Part shown: positions 55,041 through 63,425 of the stretch, in pieces
Layout: each line of letters starts with the position of its first letter
Position numbering within the stretch: the stretch's first letter is position 1
Source of the DNA: Patescibacteria group bacterium
GTDB lineage: Bacteria; Patescibacteriota; Minisyncoccia; Phycocordibacterales; PALSA-1337
NCBI GenBank assembly: GCA_038061795.1
Contig: JBBTYL010000001.1
Location: 65,801 to 129,800, forward strand
Length of the DNA: 64,000 nucleotides
Direction: 5' to 3'
Notes under the pieces: model-generated
Told to the model about the DNA's origin: nothing
What the model saw: the letters and a program-made list of their open reading frames with translations, nothing else
Databases searched by the model: none
Translations under genes and position numbers: made by a program

Positions 55041-56450
55041 ATGTCGTATCAACTCGTTAAAGATTTTAAAGAAGTACTTGGTGCACATGAATGCTTCACC
55101 ATACGCGGGGGAATGTCACCCCTTTTGCTCTCATTTCCATGGCAGGGAGAAAATCTTCCCCTTGTGCTTTTTACCATCAGCAAAGGCAGGGACTGCTTCA
55201 TGGCCCTTGATGAGGAGAACTATTTTGAAATTGCCAGATTGAGATTTGAGAAGTACCACAAGGGAGAGCTTTCACTAAAATGGCTTCAAGATGAATATTA
55301 TTCTTTTGCTGCACAGATGCAGGATTTTTATGATAAGTCGATTGCACAAGATTTTTCAAAAGCTTTAGATGAAGAGTTAAGTCAAACACTGAAAGGTTTG
55401 CTCGATCAGTTTCTTGTTTCGCTCCAGAACACTATTTATTTAGAATGTATTGATTATGACAAGATATTGAATGTCATTGGTACAGATAAGAAAGAAGAAC
55501 TAGATGTTATCTGGGAAACTGCTACGCACCCCACATTCATATCTTTTGAAGGACGTCGATTGAAGCTCCTTATCGATCTTGTTTCGAGCAGACAAAATAA
55601 CCTTATCCGTAAGGCGAAGTTCATTTTCACTGATTATGTCTGGACGAAAAGCGATGCAGAAATTGAAACAGCGCTAGCTGATATTCGAAAGAATATGAAA
55701 GAGAAGAGCGGGGAATATGACAATCTTGAAAAAAGCGTTGCTGCCAAAAAAGCAGAATATGATACATGGAAGGTTAGTCTTAATAAGGATATGCAGGAAG
55801 TCGTCGAGTACATGCAGATGGTTATGCTTTTCCGTGATTTAAGAAAGGATGTTATCGCACAGATGCAAGCTGTAATGGTAGAAGTTGCTGTCGAAATGCT
55901 CAAGCGAATTGAGGTTGACGCAAAGCATGCGACAAACATACTTATCTTTGAGTGTGTTAAAGGTATCGAGTATCTTAAAAGTATTAAGGATGAACTTGTA
56001 AGGCGTGAGAGTGGTTTCATTTCTGTTGTGTACACAGATTTCAGTTACAAGATTGAATTATGTGATTTCGACAAAGCTCTCGATGAATTTGAGAAAACAG
56101 TAGTTAAGCATGTTCATACAGATACGATAAAAGGATTTGTTGCGAACAAAGGCAAACTAACAGGAACAGTTCGCGTCGTACTCGATCCACATGGCTACAA
56201 AGGATTTAATAAAGGGGATATTCTAGTGACATCCATGACCCGTCCAGAATTTGTGCCTCTGATGAAGCAGGCTGGAGCAGTTGTGACCAATGAAGGAGGC
56301 ATTACCTGCCATGCCGCCATCGTTTCTCGTGAGCTTGGGATCCCTTGTGTTATCGGTACCAAGATTGCTACAAGGGTGCTAAAGGATGGAGATAGGGTTG
56401 AGGTTGATGCAGACAATGGAGTGGTTACAATATTAAAAAAAAATGAATAG
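55041..56450 (+). CDS. Swivel-domain paralog S12
   Basis: 469 aa. C-terminus: GKLTGTVRVV..GDILVTSMTRPEFVPLMKQAGAVVTNEGGITCHAAIVSRELGIPCVIGTKIATRVLKDGDRVEVDADNGVVTILKKNE. Confidence 0.85.
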   Translation: MSYQLVKDFKEVLGAHECFTIRGGMSPLLLSFPWQGENLPLVLFTISKGRDCFMALDEENYFEIARLRFEKYHKGELSLKWLQDEYYSFAAQMQDFYDKSIAQDFSKALDEELSQTLKGLLDQFLVSLQNTIYLECIDYDKILNVIGTDKKEELDVIWETATHPTFISFEGRRLKLLIDLVSSRQNNLIRKAKFIFTDYVWTKSDAEIETALADIRKNMKEKSGEYDNLEKSVAAKKAEYDTWKVSLNKDMQEVVEYMQMVMLFRDLRKDVIAQMQAVMVEVAVEMLKRIEVDAKHATNILIFECVKGIEYLKSIKDELVRRESGFISVVYTDFSYKIELCDFDKALDEFEKTVVKHVHTDTIKGFVANKGKLTGTVRVVLDPHGYKGFNKGDILVTSMTRPEFVPLMKQAGAVVTNEGGITCHAAIVSRELGIPCVIGTKIATRVLKDGDRVEVDADNGVVTILKKNE

Positions 56451-56451
56451 C

Positions 56452-56485
56452 AAAAAACGCCGGCAATGTTACAGTCGGCGTTGCG
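56452..56485. terminator. Hairpin terminator (strong on minus, weak on plus) at the end of array block C
   Basis: AACGCCG-GCAATGTTACAGT-CGGCGTT. A6 lies upstream, so the minus-strand reading ends in TTTTTTG. Confidence 0.7.
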
Positions 56486-56504
56486 TGAGTAAGGTGATGC
56501 TTTG

Positions 56505-56873
56505 CTACTGTCCCACCACCACTTCCTTTGTGATGTTGGTTGAGTGCCCCTTGGGGAAAAGCCTGCTGATTCCCGTACTGATGTTGTAAAGCGTAATGCC
56601 CTCATCGTCATCAATTGTGGCTACGCCTCGATAACTATTGTGAATGATTGTTCCAGTTTTGCTGGCAATTTTCACCCAACGATTATCCCGCCATTCTGCA
56701 ACCCAATCCAGTTTAATTTTCAGACCAGATGCCGTCAATTCAATCGCTCCAATCTGTGCACGATGCCAATGCTGAACGCCACGCAATTGTTCGTCGTTGA
56801 ATTGTCCACTTGCAAAATCTGGGTTCAGGACAATTTCTTCCCAAGCTATATGTCTTACAGTTGCACTTCTCAT
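56505..56873 (-). CDS. Hypothetical protein
   Basis: 122-aa ORF, more G+C-rich than the flanks, with the terminator above downstream. No motif recognised. Confidence 0.5.
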   Translation of the reverse strand: MRSATVRHIAWEEIVLNPDFASGQFNDEQLRGVQHWHRAQIGAIELTASGLKIKLDWVAEWRDNRWVKIASKTGTIIHNSYRGVATIDDDEGITLYNISTGISRLFPKGHSTNITKEVVVGQ

Positions 56874-57050
56874 AATTTTTAACAGGTTTTGGTTTGAGGT
56901 TCAAGCCACTATGGCTGTGCTCGAGTTGAGCGATAAAGCGAATCACTGTAAATACTATGTACTATTAATACATAGACGTCAATAGTATATAAAGCACTGT
57001 CTTATTTATGGTTTACGTTTTCTCATTTTTATAGTACTATATTGACCATT

Positions 57051-58076
57051 ATGGAACTTGTTCGGAATTTCAAGAAACTGTCAAAAAGTGACGCCCACCT
57101 TGCAGGAGGTAAGGGTGCATCCCTTGGGGAAATGACCCAAGCCGGTATTCCGGTGCCCCCTGGCTTCGTCGTACTTTCCGAGTCTTTTGAGCAATTTCTC
57201 AAAGAAACTGAACTCCATGCCGAAATCGATGCAGTGCTCCATACAGTCGATCATAAGGAGATTCACCTTGTCGAGGCGGCTTCCGAGAAAATTCGTGCCC
57301 TTATCCTTTCGCGTGAGATGCCGAAGGATATCGCGGATGCTATCAACAAGTCATTTAAGGATCTTGATGCAAAGCATGTGGCTGTCCGTTCGTCTGCAAC
57401 AGCCGAAGATGGCATGGACCATGCGTGGGCAGGACAGCTTGAATCATATTTGAATACTACTGAAGATCAGGTGCTTACTAAAGTGAAGCTTTGCTGGTCA
57501 TCCCTTTTTACCCCACGAGCGATCTTTTACCGATTCGAGAAAATGCTACACAGCACGAAGATTTCAGTTGCGGTTGTTGTGCAGAAGATGGTCGAATCAG
57601 AAGTTTCTGGAATCGCTTTTTCAGTGCATCCTGTAACAGAAGACTACAATCAGCTCATTATTGAAGCCGGCTTCGGTCTCGGTGAAGCCATTGTCTCTGG
57701 TTCAGTAACTCCTGATAGCTATGTAGTTGAGAAGAATCCGCGCAATATCCTTGATATAAATGTGTCGACGCAGGAAAGAGGTCTCTATAGGTCTGAAAAG
57801 CACTCTGCAGAGCATGGAAATAACGAATGGATAGATATTCCTGAGCCGAAGGCCTCTTCTCAGGTTCTTACTGGTAAACAGATCCTTGAGCTTTCAGAAA
57901 TCATCCTAGGCATCGAGAAGCACTATGGCTTCCCATGCGATATAGAATGGGCATTCGAGAAAGGGAAGTTCTACATTGTCCAAAGCAGGCCGATTACGAC
58001 GCTTGCTCGAAAGGAGGTAAAGAATGAAGTATCTGGTTTCGCTACTCCCGAATTAAAAGATTTCAAGACGGAATAA
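57051..58076 (+). CDS. Stand-alone PPDK_N / PEP-synthase-type ATP-grasp (nucleotide-binding) domain protein
   Basis: 341 aa from ATG 57051 (TTG 57042 also possible). Motifs: GGKGASLGEM, VAVRSSATAEDG, CWSSLFTPRAIFYR, VAVVVQKMVESEVSGIAFSVHP, GFGLGEAIVSGSVTPD, CDIEWAFEKGKFYIVQSRPITT. The ORF ends at TAA 58074-58076, in the same frame as S13. Confidence 0.85.
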   Translation: MELVRNFKKLSKSDAHLAGGKGASLGEMTQAGIPVPPGFVVLSESFEQFLKETELHAEIDAVLHTVDHKEIHLVEAASEKIRALILSREMPKDIADAINKSFKDLDAKHVAVRSSATAEDGMDHAWAGQLESYLNTTEDQVLTKVKLCWSSLFTPRAIFYRFEKMLHSTKISVAVVVQKMVESEVSGIAFSVHPVTEDYNQLIIEAGFGLGEAIVSGSVTPDSYVVEKNPRNILDINVSTQERGLYRSEKHSAEHGNNEWIDIPEPKASSQVLTGKQILELSEIILGIEKHYGFPCDIEWAFEKGKFYIVQSRPITTLARKEVKNEVSGFATPELKDFKTE

Positions 58077-58139
58077 TGGGATTACTACGGTTTCTGGAAG
58101 CAAGATCTTTTTCCAAGTTATTTTTGGAGCGCGTGCTGG

Positions 58140-59447
58140 GTGCCGGAACTTGCCGTCAAAATGGGGATCAAGACCGATGGGGTTTGGGCGATAACGATGA
58201 ATGGTGGGCAGTATTTGGTAAAAGGTTCAGAAAGAAAAAAAATCAAAGAACATATTTCAAAGAAAATCCTAAGCAAAGATACTGCTTTTTTTGAAAATAT
58301 GATCAAAGTCGCCGATGAAACTTATTTATTGGCAAAAAAGAGCGGAGAAGCATTGCAGGATTTAAAGCCGACCGCTGAAAATTTTCAGAAATTCCTTGAT
58401 GCTGCGAAAAGAATAAATTTCCTCTGGCTGCTCGGAGCTAGCCATTTCCATGAAGCCGCAGAGAAGGAGCTCCAGGATGCTGTCGTCACCGAATCTTTTC
58501 CAGCAGAAAAGGTCATGGATATAATTCCTCCAATCGTAAGCCCATTGTTTGAACGGCATAAGGAATTGGTTGAGCTTAAAAAGGAAGCAGGTTCCAAATC
58601 CTTGGATGAAATAAAGAAAGACAAAAAACTCTATGCTAAATTCCAAAATCAAGTAGAAAAATATCCATGGATTGAAATCTTCAATTTCATTGGCGAGCCT
58701 CTTACGGTTGAAAGGCTCTATGAGCAAGTCACTCATATAGAAACTCATGATGCAAAGCATGCCAAAATTTCCATTTCCCCAGAACTGGAATGGCGCGCTG
58801 ACTGCATGAATAAGTGCGGTTACGTAAAGCAAGCCGGTGCCGAATATTTTTCCATTTTTTCTGAACGGGCACTTCCATTCCTTGCTAATGTAGCTAAGGA
58901 ACTTGGTTTAACCTACAGGGAATTTATGATGTTTAGCGTTACTGAGGTGAAGCAGGCCTTGAAAGGTGAAATAACTCATGATGAGCTGAAATCCAAAATT
59001 TCCACTCGCAAAAACGGTTATAGTTATGCCTTTATTGCTCTTGAAGGTGAAAAGGTTGTATTTACAGAGAATCCAGGCGACATGGCCATTCTCAAAAAAA
59101 TGATCCCAATAACCGATAAAGATACCCGGGAGCTCAAAGGCGCAGTCGGTAATCCTGGAAAATACTTGGGTCCAGCACGGGTCATCATGAATACTGACGA
59201 TTTTCATAAAATGCAGACGGGTGATGTGCTTGTGACTACCATGACCACGCCAGATTTCGTTATTTTGATGCAAAAGGCCGGCGCTATCGTTACCGACATC
59301 GGCGGCTTGCTCTGCCACGCTGCAATCATTTCTCGTGAAATAAACAAGCCCTGCGTGATCGGCACTCGATTTGCAACGCAGGTTTTCAAAGATGGAGATA
59401 CTCTCGAGGTGGATGCAGAAAAGGGGATAGTAAGGATTATCAAATAG
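58140..59447 (+). CDS. Swivel-domain paralog S13 (N-terminus uncertain; frame open from 58077)
   Basis: 435 aa from GTG 58140 (ATG at 58161). The frame is open back to the ATP-grasp stop and encodes WDYYGFWKQDLFPSYFWSACWVPEL, which resembles other paralog N-termini. C-terminus: GDVLVTTMTTPDFVILMQKAGAIVTDIGGLLCHAAIISREINKPCVIGTRFATQVFKDGDTLEVDAEKGIVRIIK. Confidence 0.8.
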   Translation: MPELAVKMGIKTDGVWAITMNGGQYLVKGSERKKIKEHISKKILSKDTAFFENMIKVADETYLLAKKSGEALQDLKPTAENFQKFLDAAKRINFLWLLGASHFHEAAEKELQDAVVTESFPAEKVMDIIPPIVSPLFERHKELVELKKEAGSKSLDEIKKDKKLYAKFQNQVEKYPWIEIFNFIGEPLTVERLYEQVTHIETHDAKHAKISISPELEWRADCMNKCGYVKQAGAEYFSIFSERALPFLANVAKELGLTYREFMMFSVTEVKQALKGEITHDELKSKISTRKNGYSYAFIALEGEKVVFTENPGDMAILKKMIPITDKDTRELKGAVGNPGKYLGPARVIMNTDDFHKMQTGDVLVTTMTTPDFVILMQKAGAIVTDIGGLLCHAAIISREINKPCVIGTRFATQVFKDGDTLEVDAEKGIVRIIK

Positions 59448-59450
59448 TCT

Positions 59451-61007
59451 ATGAATGATAGCAAATGGGTAAGTAATTACATAATACCTAGAGTGGGTTA
59501 TCATCTACCGTTCGTTTGGTCGTCTTGGGGTTTAAGTTATGTTCAGAAGATTTTCTTTGGAAAACAAATCATAAAAGAGCACTTTAACCATATGGTTGGA
59601 GTTGATCTCCTCGGTGCATATTTCAGAAAAAATGAATTGCGTGAATTGATCGAAACTGCCATTAAGAAAGTATTCGATGACCCCGATTTCATCGAAAATA
59701 ATCACCGAGAAGCTTATAGATTTAATGATGATTATTTTAAATACGCACAAAAAGTTTTGAATTTTGATTTAACCAAAAAGAGTGATAAAGAACTCGCAGA
59801 AATTGTTACATTAATGATAGATGGGCTGGCTCACGCACAAGCTCATGCCGTCATTACGACCTGGTTTGTTGACAGCGATGGTCAGGACCTCACAAATAAA
59901 TTGTTAGCTATTATCGATGAGTATGTCAAAAAAGGTAATCAAGATGTAAAAGTTTCTGAAGTTTTCAGCCTTCTTACAACACCCTCGAAAACGAGCCTTC
60001 TTATTCGAGAAGAGATCGAATCCTTGGAGATTTTACAGATTATCTTAAAAAATAGTAGCGCAGAGGAAGCTATTAAGAATCTTGCAAATTCTGATGCTAT
60101 TCCTGCAAATATTGATGTACACCTTTCTCAAAAAATTAACGAACATCTCAAGAAATGGTGTTGGACGCCATTTGCATACCTCGGTCCATCATACAAGATT
60201 GGGGACTACCTTAAACTTTGGCATGACCAGATTTTAAATAATATTAATCCTGAAGCAGAGATCGCCGAACGGATTGAAAAACCTAAATTAATTGAATCAA
60301 AACGTGCCGCACTAAAGGCGAGTCTTGATTTGACTGAAAATCAAGCTCGAATATTCGATATCACCGCTGATATTATTTTTCTTAAGAATTACCGGAAGGA
60401 TGTCTCATTCCATGGGTATTATGTTTTAAATAAAGTCTTTCAGGAAATCGGAAAAAGGAAATTCCTTTCGATTAATCAGCTTCAGGTCATGAGTCACATC
60501 GAAATAATAGAAATGCTTAATTCTGGGAAAAGTGCTAATCTCATGACGATCAATAAAAGAAAATCAGACACAATAATCCTAATTAGGGATGGAAAATCAC
60601 AAATTCTTTCTGGAATTGATGCATCTAGTTTTATTAGGAAGGAAGAATCTTATATTGAAAAAGATACAATTGATGTAAGCGCGAAGGAATTTAAAGGTGT
60701 ATGCGCCTGCAGTGGACATGCAAAGGGGCCAATAAAGATCATAAATACCCCAGAGGAAATGGGGAAAATGGATGAGGGTGATATAATGTTGTCCCATACA
60801 ACTTTTCCCTCACTGGTTCCTGCTATGAAAAAAGCAGCTGCAATTATCACTGAAGACGGCGGAGTGACATGCCATGCCGCAATAGTTGCAAGAGAACTCA
60901 ATACGCCCTGTGTGACGGGAATTAAGTTACTTACTAGTATTCTAAAAGATGGAGACATGGTTGAAGTTGATGCAAATAGTGGAATTGTTAAGATTTTGAA
61001 TAAATAA
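59451..61007 (+). CDS. Swivel-domain paralog S14
   Basis: 518 aa. C-terminus: GHAKGPIKII..GDIMLSHTTFPSLVPAMKKAAAIITEDGGVTCHAAIVARELNTPCVTGIKLLTSILKDGDMVEVDANSGIVKILNK. Confidence 0.85.
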   Translation: MNDSKWVSNYIIPRVGYHLPFVWSSWGLSYVQKIFFGKQIIKEHFNHMVGVDLLGAYFRKNELRELIETAIKKVFDDPDFIENNHREAYRFNDDYFKYAQKVLNFDLTKKSDKELAEIVTLMIDGLAHAQAHAVITTWFVDSDGQDLTNKLLAIIDEYVKKGNQDVKVSEVFSLLTTPSKTSLLIREEIESLEILQIILKNSSAEEAIKNLANSDAIPANIDVHLSQKINEHLKKWCWTPFAYLGPSYKIGDYLKLWHDQILNNINPEAEIAERIEKPKLIESKRAALKASLDLTENQARIFDITADIIFLKNYRKDVSFHGYYVLNKVFQEIGKRKFLSINQLQVMSHIEIIEMLNSGKSANLMTINKRKSDTIILIRDGKSQILSGIDASSFIRKEESYIEKDTIDVSAKEFKGVCACSGHAKGPIKIINTPEEMGKMDEGDIMLSHTTFPSLVPAMKKAAAIITEDGGVTCHAAIVARELNTPCVTGIKLLTSILKDGDMVEVDANSGIVKILNK

Positions 61008-61008
61008 A

Positions 61009-62331
61009 ATGCTTAAAAGAGACGAATACATAATAACCGTTCGAAGATTCTATTACCCGCTTTTTTGCGGTCTCGTATTTGACGGTTACGGCAATAAGAA
61101 AAACTTCGAAGGAATTTTAAAAACCCCCTTCAGCCTTAAAAATATCGTATACATAGATACAGCATGGCATTACTCTATTGAAGATATAGATACCGCTGCA
61201 AAGCTGTTTTTGTCTGCTTTGAAGGCGCCTGGGCATTTGGATTATGTAATCAATGAATTCAAAAGAAGGGAAGACAATCTCATTGCTTCGTCTACGAAAA
61301 GCATAGAAGCCTATTTCAGAGCATATGAGGAGTTCATGCCTGCCCTCAACTTGGTCTTTTCAATAGATAAGTCGGCAAATCTGCTTTTGAAGGAAGCTCT
61401 GGGCAAGAAGCTGCCGGATGATGAGCTTGAGGCCTTGATGAATAGGTTGAACATTCCAATGATGGTTAATTTTCACAAACAAGAGGAGTATGACCTCGTA
61501 ATGAGCAGTGACCTGCAGAAGCATGTAGAAAATTATGCATGGATGCATTCCCGTTATGGGCAAGTGAGTGAATACACGGTTAAAGATGCCCAGGAAAAAC
61601 TTGCTGAAATCAACAAGGATGAATTCCTGAAAAAATGGAAAGAAGATAAGGAAAATCTATCCAAAACAATTGCATACGCCAAGGATCTCTTGAAAGAAGA
61701 ATCCTACCTTGTCGATATTTTTCAATACATAATCTATTACAGGACACAAAGAACGGATATCATGTCGAAGAGTTCATTCTTAGCTGCTTCTATTCTGAAG
61801 CAAGAGGCCGAGTCAAAAAAGCTGACGTACGACCAGTTTCTGCGATGTCTGCCGGAGGAGATTCTTAATAATAAAATTCCATCCATTGAAGTGCTCAATG
61901 AACGTATTAAAAATTGCGCAGTTCTGCTTGATGAGGGGAAAACTAGAGCAGCTTCAGGTTCGGAATTCGATCAGCTGATGAAGTTTTTTGATGAAACAAT
62001 CGAGGCTGTCAGTGAATTTAAAGGAAATGTTGCCTGCAAGGGAATTGTTAAAGGAATAGCACGAATCATAAAGACCAATGAAGATTTTTCAAGAGTTATG
62101 GATGGTGACATTCTCGTTGCGAGCATGACAACTCCCAATATGGTGCCGATCATGAAGAAAGCTTCTGCGTTCGTTACGGACGAAGGTGGCGTGACCTGCC
62201 ACGCCGCCATCATTTCAAGAGAAATGAACAAACCTTGTATTATTGGAACAAAGATCGCGACGAAGGCCTTGAAGGATGGGGATATGGTGGAAGTGGATGC
62301 AAATACCGGAGTTGTTAAAATTTTAAAATAA
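61009..62331 (+). CDS. Swivel-domain paralog S15
   Basis: 440 aa. C-terminus: GIVKGIARII..GDILVASMTTPNMVPIMKKASAFVTDEGGVTCHAAIISREMNKPCIIGTKIATKALKDGDMVEVDANTGVVKILK. Confidence 0.85.
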   Translation: MLKRDEYIITVRRFYYPLFCGLVFDGYGNKKNFEGILKTPFSLKNIVYIDTAWHYSIEDIDTAAKLFLSALKAPGHLDYVINEFKRREDNLIASSTKSIEAYFRAYEEFMPALNLVFSIDKSANLLLKEALGKKLPDDELEALMNRLNIPMMVNFHKQEEYDLVMSSDLQKHVENYAWMHSRYGQVSEYTVKDAQEKLAEINKDEFLKKWKEDKENLSKTIAYAKDLLKEESYLVDIFQYIIYYRTQRTDIMSKSSFLAASILKQEAESKKLTYDQFLRCLPEEILNNKIPSIEVLNERIKNCAVLLDEGKTRAASGSEFDQLMKFFDETIEAVSEFKGNVACKGIVKGIARIIKTNEDFSRVMDGDILVASMTTPNMVPIMKKASAFVTDEGGVTCHAAIISREMNKPCIIGTKIATKALKDGDMVEVDANTGVVKILK

Positions 62332-62332
62332 C

Positions 62333-63424
62333 ATGCGAAAGATTGAAACGATAATTAAAAGGGATAACTCCTTGATCGATGCAAAAGCTTGGAGGCAAGG
62401 CTATACATCAGGACTGAAGAAATGGCTTGGTTGGTCTTATTCTGACACGCTTTTTTACATACACGACGGATATACAGAAATCATGCGCCCACCACAGGAG
62501 CATACGGTTGAGTTCAAGGAATTCCTTCTGAAAAAGATAGATGATGACCCTAACTGGCTTAAAAAAGAAACTGGTGCATTTGATAGCTTAGTCCAAGAAA
62601 TCAATTTTTTCTATAAAGACTCAGTTAAAATGATTGAAAGGGGAGTCGATAATGAATCACTTGTTGAGATATATGAAAAGTATCTTGAGTACATTACCAA
62701 AGCAATGGGACCGTTCATAACGATGTACTGGATTCCGAATTGGCTTGAGAATGACTCTGTTAGGAAGGAAAAATATAAGAACGAAATACAAATAGCGCTT
62801 CAATACCGAAAGAAGACTGAAAACCTTTTTCCTGACGGTGCAGTCCTTACTGATAAAATTCTTATGAAAGTTTCAGAGTTGACTCAAATCGAACAAAAAT
62901 TAATGAGGGTTTTATCAGGAGAAGAGCTCATTGATTACCTGCGAAATGATAAGGAGATAAACCTATCAGAATTGGAAAAAAGGGTCATTGGTTTTATATA
63001 CTCGAAAGATGGAATAATTTTGACTGATAATACCGAACAGTCATTGAAAAGCGCATTTGAAAGTTTGGGATACGAGTATGTTCCCAAAGTTTCGATTGAG
63101 ACGAAAGAAATACGTGGTCAATCAGCATGCAAGGGAATCGCAAAAGGAAGGGTGCGGATCATAATGAGTAAGAAAGATATTGGTCTGCTGGAACAAGGAG
63201 AAATCCTCGTAACCTCGATGACGACTCCAGAGTATCTTCCTGCAATGCAGAAGTCATCAGCATTTGTTACCGATGAGGGCGGCATTACCTGCCATGCTGC
63301 AATTGTTGCCAGGGAACTTGGCAAGCCCTGTATAATTGGTACCAAGAATGCAACGCAAATATTGAAGAATGGAGATATGGTCGAGGTCGATGCGAACGCT
63401 GGAATTATTAGGATTCTAAAATAA
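62333..63424 (+). CDS. Swivel-domain paralog S16 (short class)
   Basis: 363 aa. Junction AAATAACATG. C-terminus: GIAKGRVRII..GEILVTSMTTPEYLPAMQKSSAFVTDEGGITCHAAIVARELGKPCIIGTKNATQILKNGDMVEVDANAGIIRILK. Confidence 0.85.
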   Translation: MRKIETIIKRDNSLIDAKAWRQGYTSGLKKWLGWSYSDTLFYIHDGYTEIMRPPQEHTVEFKEFLLKKIDDDPNWLKKETGAFDSLVQEINFFYKDSVKMIERGVDNESLVEIYEKYLEYITKAMGPFITMYWIPNWLENDSVRKEKYKNEIQIALQYRKKTENLFPDGAVLTDKILMKVSELTQIEQKLMRVLSGEELIDYLRNDKEINLSELEKRVIGFIYSKDGIILTDNTEQSLKSAFESLGYEYVPKVSIETKEIRGQSACKGIAKGRVRIIMSKKDIGLLEQGEILVTSMTTPEYLPAMQKSSAFVTDEGGITCHAAIVARELGKPCIIGTKNATQILKNGDMVEVDANAGIIRILK

Positions 63425-63425
63425 C

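Noticed and set aside
58076-58294. 72-aa ORF starting at the ATG that overlaps the ATP-grasp stop codon.
   Set aside because: Its translation (MGLLRFLEARSFSKLF...) has no similarity to the paralogs. The adjacent frame does have such similarity, so this ORF is best explained as the out-of-frame reading of the S13 5' region.
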